Source: Candidatus Latescibacterota bacterium (lineage in GTDB: Bacteria; Latescibacterota; CBDEFO01). Taken from it: a stretch of 64,000 bases of DNA. The stretch covers positions 1,120,001 through 1,184,000 of the forward strand of contig OZ252149.1 of NCBI GenBank assembly GCA_965248755.1, in the 5' to 3' direction. Numbering within the stretch: position 1 is the stretch's first letter; every line of letters starts with the position of its first letter. Both the position numbers and the translations under genes were made by a program. The notes under the pieces are model-generated. The model saw only the letters and a list, made by a program, of their open reading frames with translations. It did no database searches and was not told where the DNA came from. This document shows positions 51,728 to 61,714 of this stretch, in pieces.

Positions 51728-52846
51728 ATGAGAGGACCTCTTAAATTGCTATCTTCCACAATCTTTATACTCTTTGCCTGCGCTTCCGCAGACAAGGGCA
51801 TCCCTCGGGTCTCTGATGAGTTGGGCAGGGGTGTGAAAAGGAGCGTGGAAACCTTTGTGAAGGCGGGAGAGGATATTTTCAAGGGCAAGTGTGCAAATTG
51901 CCACTACATCGGTCCAAAAGCAGATACAAGGTGTCCCGACCTTGAGAACGTAGGTTCTAATGCGGCGACGAGAAAGCCCGGAATGACGGCTAAGGAGTAC
52001 TTCATAGAATCTCTCTACAGGCCCGAAGCTTACGTTGTGAAGGGCTATCCGAACATTATGCCTCCTGTATGGAAGCCACCTATTGCGCTCTCAAATTTAG
52101 AGACTGCGAAAGTGATAGCCTTCCTTCAAAGTCAGGGAGGCGAAGTAGACATAACTCCGTTCGAACCTCCTGTGGACACAAAAAGGGCCGCTCTTGTACT
52201 CGCTGCTCTTGAAAGGAATATCACGGGCGACCCCAAAAGGGGTGAAAAGATCTTTAAGGAGACGATGGGGTGTCTGGCGTGTCATGGGGTCAAAGGCGAG
52301 GGCGGACAGGGCGGGCAAGGGGTTGACAAGAGCGGAGTTGGTCCCGACCTTACGAACATCGGGGCCATAAACACGATAGATTACATCGAAGAGTCGATTT
52401 TGTATCCCAACGCCCAGATAGTTAAAGGCTTCGGAGCGGTGTACTTGAGATCGGATAAGGAAGGAAGGCTCGAAGGGATCTTGTTAGATGAAGACAAAGA
52501 GAGCGTGACCCTGAAGATAGGTGAGGAGATAAAGAAGGTGTTAAAGTCTGACATTAAGGTGAGTAGGACCCGAAGAAAGAAGGATATGCTCAAAGGTGGC
52601 TATTTCTGGGTGAGTGCAGAGATGAAGGACGGGACGACCCTGGAGGGCTCTTTGATCGCTGAGGACGATGATACTCTTACGATAGAAGACAGAGAGGAAC
52701 CCAGGACAATCGCCAAAGACAGCATAGGTAAACTTTCGGGAAGGAGGATGAGAGTCCGCTCAAAGATGCCGGGCAACTACGGCAATCTCCTGTATACGGT
52801 CGATTTCAACCATCTTCTGGCGTATCTTGTAAGTCTGAAGGAATAG
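51728..52846 (+). CDS. Diheme c-type cytochrome, probable lipoprotein
   Basis: CANCH and CLACH; LFAC lipobox-like; ESL..P.AYVV.GY...MP. Confidence 0.85.
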   Translation: MRGPLKLLSSTIFILFACASADKGIPRVSDELGRGVKRSVETFVKAGEDIFKGKCANCHYIGPKADTRCPDLENVGSNAATRKPGMTAKEYFIESLYRPEAYVVKGYPNIMPPVWKPPIALSNLETAKVIAFLQSQGGEVDITPFEPPVDTKRAALVLAALERNITGDPKRGEKIFKETMGCLACHGVKGEGGQGGQGVDKSGVGPDLTNIGAINTIDYIEESILYPNAQIVKGFGAVYLRSDKEGRLEGILLDEDKESVTLKIGEEIKKVLKSDIKVSRTRRKKDMLKGGYFWVSAEMKDGTTLEGSLIAEDDDTLTIEDREEPRTIAKDSIGKLSGRRMRVRSKMPGNYGNLLYTVDFNHLLAYLVSLKE

Positions 52847-52888
52847 AAACAATGCTGTGAAGCTTTCGCCATTGCCTCGAAAAAAGTC

Positions 52889-53287
52889 TTGCTTTATGCC
52901 CCATTCTTGATTATCTTTTTCATGCTATTATTAGGAATAATTCTCATTCATATTACTACCATTATGAGAAATTCAATTTACTTTAGGCCCACAGAGATCT
53001 CCACTAAGACCAGTTTCCTTTCCCAAGGATTTTCCGTACCAAGAGTGCTCTGTGCTATCGTGCTCCTCATGCTAATCGCGCCTGCTGTTGCGGATGCGTG
53101 TGAGATGTGCAAGACTGCTATTCCCACCGAAGGAGACTCCGAGAGCGCGGCTGAGCTTTCCCGAGGGTTCTACTGGAGCATCCTTGTGATGATGTTCTCT
53201 CCTTTTGTGTTGGTCGGCGCTGTCGGACTGCTCGTGTTCAACGCCTATCGCCAGCAGAAGAAAAAAGATCATCCCAATTCACCGTAG
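52889..53287 (+). CDS. Small membrane protein with CxxC after signal peptide (true start probably later)
   Basis: AVADACEMCK followed by GFYWSIL..M..PF TM helix; lies among oxidase genes. Confidence 0.6.
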   Translation: MLYAPFLIIFFMLLLGIILIHITTIMRNSIYFRPTEISTKTSFLSQGFSVPRVLCAIVLLMLIAPAVADACEMCKTAIPTEGDSESAAELSRGFYWSILVMMFSPFVLVGAVGLLVFNAYRQQKKKDHPNSP

Positions 53288-53327
53288 AGTTACCTTTTGT
53301 AACCCGCTTCCTCCTGGGAGGTTCTCA

Positions 53328-54053
53328 ATGAAACTTCGAAAACTGCTATCTCTTTCTGCAATCGTCCTTCTGGCTCTTACCCTCGAAGAAGCCCTTGCAG
53401 GCGGTGGCAACATCACCGGTAAAGTGGCATTTGACGGAAAGGTTCTGAGGAGAAGGAAAATAAAGATGGACGCAGATGCTGTCTGCGCTGCCAAACACAC
53501 CGAACCGTCTCTAAGTGAGAGGGTCATTGTCAATGAGGACAGCACCCTCCGAAATGTCTTTGTCTATGTCAGGGAGGGACTCGAAAGTGGGGGATTTGAT
53601 CCTCCAGAAGAGCCGGTCGTTCTGGATCAAAATGGCTGTATGTACATTCCTCATATAGTTGGGATTCAGGTGGGACAGCCTTTAAAGATACTCAACAGCG
53701 ACGGCATCCTCCATAATATCCATTGCATGCCCGAGGAGAACGACGAATTTAACATATCGATGCCAAAACAGTTGAAGGAAATGGTAAAGGAGTTTGAGTT
53801 CGAAGAGGTCATGATGCCCGTAAAGTGCGATGTTCATCCCTGGATGAACGCCTACATCGGCGTCCTTGAACACCCCTTCTACTGTGTTACCGGAGAAAAA
53901 GGAACCTTCCAGTTGAACTCCCTTCCGCCTGGGGAATACGTTATCGAAGCCTGGCACGAGGTCTTCGGAACCCGGACCCAGACTGTGAAAGTGGGAGCAG
54001 GGGAGACCAAGACTATCGACTTCACCTTTATACCTCCGAGCAGATCTAAGTAA
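53328..54053 (+). CDS. Second secreted cupredoxin-like protein
   Basis: RBS GGAGG; LDQNGCMYIPHI, HNIH, CDVHPWM, GEYVIEAWHE; paralog of 50882-51577. Confidence 0.78.
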   Translation: MKLRKLLSLSAIVLLALTLEEALAGGGNITGKVAFDGKVLRRRKIKMDADAVCAAKHTEPSLSERVIVNEDSTLRNVFVYVREGLESGGFDPPEEPVVLDQNGCMYIPHIVGIQVGQPLKILNSDGILHNIHCMPEENDEFNISMPKQLKEMVKEFEFEEVMMPVKCDVHPWMNAYIGVLEHPFYCVTGEKGTFQLNSLPPGEYVIEAWHEVFGTRTQTVKVGAGETKTIDFTFIPPSRSK

Positions 54054-54149
54054 GAGTCACACCCGAAATCTATCTCTCTTCCCCCAAGAAAGTTTTTCGA
54101 TACTTTTCGGGACTCTTCACAACAGTCTTGCGTACGGAGAAGGCCGAAG

Positions 54150-54995
54150 ATGAATCTGCGTACTTTGATTAAGTTGCTAATCTTGACAGTCCTTGCGATC
54201 CTCTCCTCAGGATCTGCCCCTGCGTTTGCCATTGATTCTCGGTTATTTAGCTGGAGTTTTCCGGAAGATGTCTCGCTCCACGGTTCAAAGATCGACTCTT
54301 TGTACTTTTTTATCCTCGTGGTTACAGGCTTTGTGTTCCTAATCACTGAGGGTCTCCTGATTTACTTTATGATCCGTTATCGCCGTCGGGAGGGCCGCAC
54401 AGCCGTCCATTCTCACGGTAATCTCCGTCTTGAATTCGTCTGGACTATAGTCCCGACAATCTTTTTTGTCGGTTTGGGGATCTACAGTAACACGATCTGG
54501 TCAGATCTTCGCTATAATATTCCCGAAGATACGTTCGACATAGAAGTTGTTGCGGAGCAATTCGCTTGGAACTTTAGATACTCTGGGCCGGATGGGAAGT
54601 TCGGCAGACGCGATCCAAAACTGATAACCTCCGACAACCCGCTCGGAATTGACGGGAGCGACCCTGTCTCTGCGGACGATCTGACAACGATTAACATTCT
54701 CCATATTCCTGCCAACCGAAACGTTCGCTTCCTTTTGCAGTCCAAAGATGTCATCCACAGCTTCTTTCTGCCTCACTTCCGCATCAAGCACGATGTTCTC
54801 CCGGGGATGATTTCTCCCAACGTCTGGGTGGTGGCGACCCAAACTGGAACTTGGGAGATCGCCTGCGCCGAGCTTTGTGGTCTTGGGCACTACAGAATGA
54901 GAGGTTTCATAACTGTCCAGACACCCGATGAATTTCAGACATGGCTTGACGAATTACTTGAGGAAAAACTGGATGAAGAGGAATATTATTATTAA
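54150..54995 (+). CDS. coxB: Cytochrome c oxidase subunit II
   Basis: LEFVWTIVP, EQFAWNFRY, DVIHSF, CuA motif CAELCGLGHYRM. Confidence 0.95.
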   Translation: MNLRTLIKLLILTVLAILSSGSAPAFAIDSRLFSWSFPEDVSLHGSKIDSLYFFILVVTGFVFLITEGLLIYFMIRYRRREGRTAVHSHGNLRLEFVWTIVPTIFFVGLGIYSNTIWSDLRYNIPEDTFDIEVVAEQFAWNFRYSGPDGKFGRRDPKLITSDNPLGIDGSDPVSADDLTTINILHIPANRNVRFLLQSKDVIHSFFLPHFRIKHDVLPGMISPNVWVVATQTGTWEIACAELCGLGHYRMRGFITVQTPDEFQTWLDELLEEKLDEEEYYY

Positions 54996-55036
54996 GAATA
55001 ACCTCGTTAATAAGACTATTATTCAGGGGATGATGT

Positions 55037-56848
55037 ATGAACGATAATAAGGGCGCTGAGATGGCCGGCCACGATGTTCATCACAAACTGAGCTTCTTTA
55101 GAAAATATATCTGGTCCACCGATCACAAGGTTATCGCCAAGCAGTTCCTCTTTAGCAGCCTCTTTTTCTTCGTTGTGGGTGGTCTATTAGCTTTGGGCGT
55201 TCGCTGGCAGCTTGCCTATCCAGGAGAAAGTATGCCCTTCGGATATTTGCTGCCGGACAGCATGGTCCAGACAATCGTAAACGAAGAGACCGGCCAGACG
55301 CAGTACCTGCTCCTGCCGGAGGGCTATAACAACCTCTTCACGATGCACGCCTCGATTATGATCTTCTTTGTGATTATCCCTCTTCTGGCTGGTTTTTTTG
55401 CAAACTTCCTGATTCCCCTGCAGATCGGCTACCGTGATATGGCGTTTCCCACACTCAACGCCATCTCCTACTGGTTGTTCTGGCCTGCGGGGATCATCGT
55501 ATTATCCAGCTTCTGGGCAGAAGGAGGGCCAGCCGGCGCCGGCTGGACATCATATCCGCCCCTTGCTGCTACACTGCCAGGCAACGGAACGAACTTGTGG
55601 CTCATCGGAGTCGGTCTTGTGGGGATGTCGTCCGTAGTCGGGGGGATGAACTATGTCACGACCATCCTAAATTTGAGGGCGCCTGGGATGTCGATGCTGC
55701 GCCTTCCTCTTTCGATCTGGTCTCTCTTTATAACGGCAATTCTCCAGGTCTTAGCAACACCCATCTTGACCGCTGGCGTGATAATGTTGTTTTTTGATCG
55801 GGTCCTCGGAACCAGCTTCTTCCTGCCGAAAGGTCTTATGATTGGGGGAACGCTGCTGGAGAAGGGCGCAGGAGGACAACCGCTCCTATTTCAGCATATA
55901 TTCTGGTTCTACTCCCACCCTGCGGTCTATGTTATGATTCTACCGGCTATGGGCATAGTCTCGGACATAATCTCGACCTTTGCCCGCAAGCCCATCTTCG
56001 GGTATAAAGCGATGGTCTTCTCTTTGATTTCGATCTCGGGTTTGGGCTTCATCGTCTGGGGACATCACATGTTCCAGAGCGGGATGAACCCTGTCTTGGG
56101 CACAACCTTTATGATCTCCACCATGGTAATCGCCGTTCCGTCGTCCGTCAAGACGTTCAATTGGCTCGGAACGCTTTGGGGCGCATCCATTTGGTTTACT
56201 ACACCGATGTGCTTTGCCATAGCGTTTGTAGCCCACTTCATCATCGGCGGCTTAAGCGGTATCTTTATGGCATCCACGCCGGTTGACATCTTCATTCATG
56301 ACACCTACTTCATCGTCGCCCATATCCACTATGTCGTCTTCACGGGAAGCGTGATGGCGATCTTCGCCGGAATCTACTTCTGGTTTCCCAAGATATTCGG
56401 ACGCTTGATGAACGAACGCTGGGGTAAAGTCCACTTCTGGTTGACTTTCATCAGTATGAATGGCGTCTTCTTCCCAATGCACATGGCGGGAGCCGGCGGA
56501 ATGATGCGAAGAATATACGACCCCACTTTTTACGAATTCCTCCAGCCCCTTCAACCGTTAAATGTCTTTATGACGATCAGCAGCATCGTGCTCGGAATTG
56601 CTCAAATCCCCTTCTTTATCAACTTCTTCTACTCTCTTTACAGAGGGAAGGTGTCGGACAAGAACCCCTGGCGGGCGAACACGCTCGAATGGATCTGTCC
56701 CTCTCCTCCGGGGCACGGGAACTTTGATACGATCCCTACGGTCTATCGGGGTCCACATGAGTACAGTTCACCCCAGGTCGAGGAAGATTGGCTGCTTCAA
56801 TCCCGCAATCTTGAAGAGGTCCCCGCAGGGGGCGATGGTGGAAAGTAG
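55037..56848 (+). CDS. coxA: Cytochrome c oxidase subunit I, A2 type
   Basis: STDHKVI, FTMHA, GWTSYPPL, WFYSHPAVY, WGHHM, HDTYFIVAHIHY, MMRRI. Confidence 0.97.
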   Translation: MNDNKGAEMAGHDVHHKLSFFRKYIWSTDHKVIAKQFLFSSLFFFVVGGLLALGVRWQLAYPGESMPFGYLLPDSMVQTIVNEETGQTQYLLLPEGYNNLFTMHASIMIFFVIIPLLAGFFANFLIPLQIGYRDMAFPTLNAISYWLFWPAGIIVLSSFWAEGGPAGAGWTSYPPLAATLPGNGTNLWLIGVGLVGMSSVVGGMNYVTTILNLRAPGMSMLRLPLSIWSLFITAILQVLATPILTAGVIMLFFDRVLGTSFFLPKGLMIGGTLLEKGAGGQPLLFQHIFWFYSHPAVYVMILPAMGIVSDIISTFARKPIFGYKAMVFSLISISGLGFIVWGHHMFQSGMNPVLGTTFMISTMVIAVPSSVKTFNWLGTLWGASIWFTTPMCFAIAFVAHFIIGGLSGIFMASTPVDIFIHDTYFIVAHIHYVVFTGSVMAIFAGIYFWFPKIFGRLMNERWGKVHFWLTFISMNGVFFPMHMAGAGGMMRRIYDPTFYEFLQPLQPLNVFMTISSIVLGIAQIPFFINFFYSLYRGKVSDKNPWRANTLEWICPSPPGHGNFDTIPTVYRGPHEYSSPQVEEDWLLQSRNLEEVPAGGDGGK

Positions 56849-57833
56849 AAACACATTTGAAGTGAGCAGGTCAACGGATAATCTGTGGCTCCATCGGTTT
56901 GCCGTGCTTACAGCAGTGGGGACGTTCGTGTTGATCATCGCGGGCGGTCTGGTCACCAGCACCGGCTCCGGCCTTTCAGTGCCTGATTGGCCGCTTTCGT
57001 ATGGTCAGCTCTTCCCTCCCATGGTCGGAGGGATATTTTATGAACATGGACATCGCATGATCGCAATGTCTGTAGGTTTTTTGACGCTGATCCTTTCTTT
57101 TTGGCTCTGGTTCAAGGAACCCCGCCGCTGGGTTCGTTCTCTGGGAATGGGAGCGCTGGCAACTATCGTTGTTCAGGGAGTCTTGGGAGGGTTAACTGTT
57201 ATCTACCGACTCCCGACTTTCATTTCGGTGACTCACGCCTGCTTGGCTCAGGCCTTCTTTGGTATCACCGTCAGCCTGGCTCTTTTCACTTCATCCGAAT
57301 GGAAGCGTGGTGCGAGCGGTCCTAATTGTCCGAATAAACTTGAAGATAGAGGCATTCCCTCCTTACGATCCCTTTCTCTTACAACTACCGCATTTATCTA
57401 TCTTCAGCTTTTGTTGGGTGCCCTTGTGCGACACACAGGATCGGGACTTGCTATTCCTGACTTTCCCCTTTCTTTCGGCCGCCTGGTTCCTCCGATCTTC
57501 TCCCTTTTAGACGAATACCGGACAGGAATCCTCATCCACTTTGCCCATAGGGTAGGAGCGGGGGTCGTGACGATAGGAGGCCTGTGGACAGTAACAAAGA
57601 TCATCAGGGACTATAAAGATCAAGTCAGACTTTTAGTTCCATCGCTCCTTATGGCGGGGCTTTTGGTCATTCAGATCCTCCTTGGGGCGTTCGTCATCTG
57701 GACGGCCAAAGAGGTCTATCTGACGACTGCCCACGTAGGAGTCGGCGCCCTCGTTTTGGCCTCAAGCCTGACCCTTACGCTAATATCCTACCAGATGCTG
57801 GGCATTCCTGAGAGAACCTTGGAGACGCGGTAA
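56835..57833 (+). CDS. ctaA: Heme A synthase (COX15/CtaA)
   Basis: GGLVTSTGSGLSVPDWP, EHGHR, QGVLGG.TV, HFAHR, repeated half-domains. Confidence 0.9.
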   Translation: MVESRNTFEVSRSTDNLWLHRFAVLTAVGTFVLIIAGGLVTSTGSGLSVPDWPLSYGQLFPPMVGGIFYEHGHRMIAMSVGFLTLILSFWLWFKEPRRWVRSLGMGALATIVVQGVLGGLTVIYRLPTFISVTHACLAQAFFGITVSLALFTSSEWKRGASGPNCPNKLEDRGIPSLRSLSLTTTAFIYLQLLLGALVRHTGSGLAIPDFPLSFGRLVPPIFSLLDEYRTGILIHFAHRVGAGVVTIGGLWTVTKIIRDYKDQVRLLVPSLLMAGLLVIQILLGAFVIWTAKEVYLTTAHVGVGALVLASSLTLTLISYQMLGIPERTLETR

Positions 57834-57835
57834 AG

Positions 57836-58831
57836 ATGCAGAAAGAGGATACATATACTCTCGATCTATCATCAGACGGTCCTTTGGGCAAAGATAGCGT
57901 CCCAAGCCTAAGAAACTCCAATGTTTCTTTAGCTGCAAGAGGGGAATTTAGACTATCCGACGATGTCCTCAAGAAAATATCGGATTACCTTCAGCTTGTA
58001 AAACCCCGGATTACGTCGTTTGTTCTTTTGACCACTCTGTCTGGATTCTATCTCGGGTCCACAGGTGCCCTTGACATCTTTCTTCTGCTCCACGCGCTTG
58101 CTGGGGCGGCATTGGTAGCAGGGGGAGCCGCTGCATTGAACCAGTTCCTTGAGCGCGAGTTCGATTCACAGATGCAGCGCACGAAAGATCGTCCTCTTCC
58201 ATCTGGGCGCTTGCAGCCGGAGGAAGCCCTGCGCTTCGGCGTTGCCCTATCTGTCACAGGGGTTATATACCTTGCCATTCTGGTCAATCTTACCACCAGC
58301 TTGCTTTCTGTAGTCACCATCTCGAGCTATCTGTTCTTGTACACTCCTCTGAAAAGAAAGACGTCCTTGAATACACTGATAGGGGCAATTCCAGGGTCGA
58401 TTCCCTCCATAGGGGGTTGGGCAGCAGCAAGGGGCGAGATCAATTCTGAGGCTTGGATGCTCTTTATGATCCTCTTCTTTTGGCAATTTCCTCATTTCCT
58501 CTCAATCGCCTGGATCTACAGGGACGATTATGCAAAAGCTGGCTGCAGGATGCTGCCTTTTTTTGATCCTGATGGAAAAAGTACGGGGCGACAGGCCGCC
58601 TTATATTGCCTTGTCCTGATGTCTTTCAGCCTAATCCCCGCCTTTCTGGGTATGGCAGGTGTGCTCTATTTCTTTGTGGCACTCTGTCTGAGTCTCTTAC
58701 TTTTGGGATTCAGCCTGTGTTTTGCCCTCTTCAGAACCGAGGCGTATGCCCGAATGCTTATGTTAGCTTCACTGATCTATCTTCCTTTATTGTTTACAGT
58801 TATGATATTTGACAAGGTTCCTTTATCGTGA
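57836..58831 (+). CDS. ctaB: Protoheme IX farnesyltransferase (heme O synthase)
   Basis: KPRI, NQFLERE.D..MQRT..RPLPSG, YTPLKR, WQFPHF, DDYAKAG. Confidence 0.95.
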   Translation: MQKEDTYTLDLSSDGPLGKDSVPSLRNSNVSLAARGEFRLSDDVLKKISDYLQLVKPRITSFVLLTTLSGFYLGSTGALDIFLLLHALAGAALVAGGAAALNQFLEREFDSQMQRTKDRPLPSGRLQPEEALRFGVALSVTGVIYLAILVNLTTSLLSVVTISSYLFLYTPLKRKTSLNTLIGAIPGSIPSIGGWAAARGEINSEAWMLFMILFFWQFPHFLSIAWIYRDDYAKAGCRMLPFFDPDGKSTGRQAALYCLVLMSFSLIPAFLGMAGVLYFFVALCLSLLLLGFSLCFALFRTEAYARMLMLASLIYLPLLFTVMIFDKVPLS

Positions 58832-58855
58832 ATATAAAACAAGGAGAACCATAAA

Positions 58856-59464
58856 ATGGCAGAAGCAATACCGTTGCCACCTGCCTCTGAGACGAGCCTC
58901 GGTCTGGAGACCAAGAAGTTAGGGATGTGGGTATTTCTGGGCTCAGAGGTCATGTTTTTTACGGGTTTGATCGGATCTTACATTGTGCTCCGATTCGGAA
59001 GCCTTAGCTGGCCCGACAGTCCCCTTTGGGCAACCCCCGATGATATCCTTAACGTACCGCTTACTGCTCTTAACACCTTTATCCTGATCTGCAGCAGTGT
59101 GACCATGGTAAAGGCGTTTGCGGCAATTGGGAACGATGATCAAAGAGGGCTCAAGAAATACCTTGTGGGAACCGTGATCCTGGGGGCGATATTCTTGAGC
59201 ATACAGGCTTACGAATACAGTGAATTAATCCACGGGGGGCTTCTTATCAGCGGCACCCTTTTCGGGGCCTGTTTCTTCACCTTGACGGGCTTCCACGGCG
59301 CCCACGTTACCATAGGAGTCCTTTGTATGATCTTTGTCATGGTAAAGGCGTTCCGCGGCGGCTATTCGCAGGAGGATCACACCGGCGTTGAGATAATTGG
59401 GCTGTACTGGCACTTTGTGGATCTTGTTTGGATTATACTCTTTACCATCGTCTATCTGATATGA
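58856..59464 (+). CDS. coxC: Cytochrome c oxidase subunit III
   Basis: GMWVFLGSEVMFF, TGFHGAHV, GLYWHFVDLVWI. Confidence 0.95.
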   Translation: MAEAIPLPPASETSLGLETKKLGMWVFLGSEVMFFTGLIGSYIVLRFGSLSWPDSPLWATPDDILNVPLTALNTFILICSSVTMVKAFAAIGNDDQRGLKKYLVGTVILGAIFLSIQAYEYSELIHGGLLISGTLFGACFFTLTGFHGAHVTIGVLCMIFVMVKAFRGGYSQEDHTGVEIIGLYWHFVDLVWIILFTIVYLI

Positions 59465-59673
59465 TGTTCTAGAAACTTACACTCAAGTTAGCCTGTAGGA
59501 TATCGGAAGGATTAAAAGAACTTTGGATTTTGGAAGAAAATGAAAATATCCTAAATTACAATTTGAGGTTTCACGTATAGTAGTGCATAAGCGATGTACT
59601 TCGCAAAATATTCTGATTTGGGACTATGGAGGAAGTAGTTCAGTGATCTTAAGTTAGGAGACATTTCGGCTAA

Positions 59674-59892
59674 ATGGAGAAAATATTAACTCAACATCCT
59701 GAAGGAAAGAAGTGAGTGAATATCAGCAAAGCGAAGTATAAAGTTATCCGAGAATCAATAGTCGAAACCTTAAAATCGAAAGAATTAACTTTTACTTCAT
59801 TATCAAAAGCTGTTGAAAAGAACTTAAAGGATGGATTCGAAGGTTCGATATCTTGGTATGACGCAGTGGCTGAGAAGGATGGCTGTGCATAG
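59674..59892 (+). pseudogene. Remnant of small conserved protein (resembles DUF6958-type from memory)
   Basis: MEKILTQHPEGKK*VNISKAKY..IRESI...TFTSL..AVE..L...FEGSISWY with internal TGA; AT-rich. Confidence 0.5.
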
Positions 59893-60130
59893 AATTTCCG
59901 ATGGCAAAGACTACAGAGAGATATTCAGCAAACGATCAGACGTTTATGTGTCAGTTTCGTCGCAATGTCCTGGTGGATAGCCCCCGGGGGTTGTGCAGGC
60001 ACTTTAAACAAAGAGAGGTCAAAATAGGGCAGAGAAAGCCCCGAAGAAAACATCGACTTGATGTGTTTCAGCGACAATTATCCAATGGTAATCTGGTTGC
60101 ATCCATGTAACTTGATAAGGAGAAAGCCTC

Positions 60131-60424
60131 ATGAACGATTCTCACAAAGAGCAGGACAATTACATGGCCGTGTGGGTGTGGCTTACGGTGCTTACAGTGA
60201 GTGAAGTGCTGGGCGCCATGTATCTACCCATTCCTAAATTCTACATGGCTTTGTTTCTGTTGGCTTTTGCTCTCACTAAGGCACTGTTAGTTGCCCTCTA
60301 CTATATGCACTTGAAGTTTGAAAGGCGCAGGCTCATCCTGATCGCTGCCGTTCCCCTGCCTTTAACTGTTCTATTAGCCATTGTCGGAGTCTTAGAAACA
60401 CATCTGCATCGCACACTCTTTTAA
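60131..60424 (+). CDS. Cytochrome c oxidase subunit IV family
   Basis: Y..VW..L.VLTV.EV, KALLVALYYMHLKFE. Confidence 0.88.
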   Translation: MNDSHKEQDNYMAVWVWLTVLTVSEVLGAMYLPIPKFYMALFLLAFALTKALLVALYYMHLKFERRRLILIAAVPLPLTVLLAIVGVLETHLHRTLF

Positions 60425-60453
60425 CGCCCATCGCCGAGACAGAATTGCGGTTG

Positions 60454-60474
60454 TCCCCGATTGAATCTATCGGG
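60454..60474. repeat. Dispersed palindrome copy within REP-like spacer
   Basis: TCCCCGATTGAATCTATCGGG followed by ATTGCTTCG...GCAATGAC. Confidence 0.85.
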
Positions 60475-60763
60475 CATTGCTTCGCTTAACATTCCCTTCG
60501 CGTTCGGCTTCGGCTTGCAATGACTGAATGCCGTAGCCCAGCAATGTCATCGCGATATGTGAGACCTCGACCCCGAAGGAGATGCGAGGCGTAGTAAAAC
60601 TCATAGGCGATCTTCAATAGCAGTGGGCACTATAGCGTTGCTGCCACCTCTTTTTGCAAGGGGTGCACAGTGTCAGCGATCCACAAGTGGGTAACGTGGC
60701 CACTTTACTGGGAGGCGGGAAGCCGCGAGATGGAGAAGTGCGCGCAGAACTTTTTGGGGAAAA

Positions 60764-61714
60764 ATGGGCGATCCATCCGTCATAGAACTTGAAGACCTCT
60801 ATCACAACTACGGAGAACGAACAGCCCTTTGTGGGATCAGTTTTACGGTAGGGCAAGGTGAGATCTTCGGGCTGCTTGGACCCAACGGAGGCGGTAAGAC
60901 CACTCTGTTCAGGATTCTCTCCACACTCATCTGTCCGACCGAGGGGAGGGTGAATATCTTCGGTTTGGATATTCTTGAAAATCCCGACGCGATAAGGAGG
61001 CGCATCGGCGTCGTTTTTCAAAATCCGAGCCTCGACCGAAAATTAACCGTCACGGAGAACCTGCGTCACCAGGGTCGTCTTTACGGCCTTTACGGGAGCT
61101 ATCTTAAGTCTCGCACGGAGGAAGTCCTCGCGGTTGTAGGACTACCTGACCGTTCTGAGGAGCTTGTGGAAAACCTGTCTGGAGGGCTCTGGCGGCGAGT
61201 CGAATTGGCCAAGGGACTCCTGCACAAACCAGGGCTTCTCATCTTTGATGAACCGTCTACTGGATTGGATCCGGGGGCTCGACGAAATTTTTGGAAGAAC
61301 CTGGAAGAGTTGAGGGATCGACACAGCGTCACCGTCCTTTTGACGACGCATTTTATCGAAGAGGCGGAACGATGCGACCGGATCGGGATCATAGATCAGG
61401 GAAAGCTCGTGGCATTGGATTCTCCCGATTCGCTCAAAGGATTGATCGGAGGGGACATCATCGTCCTTAAAACCCAAGATCCGAAGGATCTTAAAGAAGA
61501 CATTTCTCGCAGATTCGGCGTAGAGTCCACAATATTGAATAGCGCGATACGGATCGAATGCCAGGAAGGGCACCAATTTGTGGCTCAGCTATTTGACACT
61601 TTCAAAGAGAAGATCCAATCAGTAACCCTTGGAAAACCCACCCTTGAGGATGTCTTTATCCAAAAGACAGGACACCGCTTTGAAGTGGATGGAGAGGTTA
61701 CTGCTTTACCATGA
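60764..61714 (+). CDS. ABC transporter ATP-binding protein (DrrA-like)
   Basis: GPNGGGKTT, LSGG, IFDEPSTGLD, TTHFIEEAE, PTLEDVF. Confidence 0.95.
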   Translation: MGDPSVIELEDLYHNYGERTALCGISFTVGQGEIFGLLGPNGGGKTTLFRILSTLICPTEGRVNIFGLDILENPDAIRRRIGVVFQNPSLDRKLTVTENLRHQGRLYGLYGSYLKSRTEEVLAVVGLPDRSEELVENLSGGLWRRVELAKGLLHKPGLLIFDEPSTGLDPGARRNFWKNLEELRDRHSVTVLLTTHFIEEAERCDRIGIIDQGKLVALDSPDSLKGLIGGDIIVLKTQDPKDLKEDISRRFGVESTILNSAIRIECQEGHQFVAQLFDTFKEKIQSVTLGKPTLEDVFIQKTGHRFEVDGEVTALP

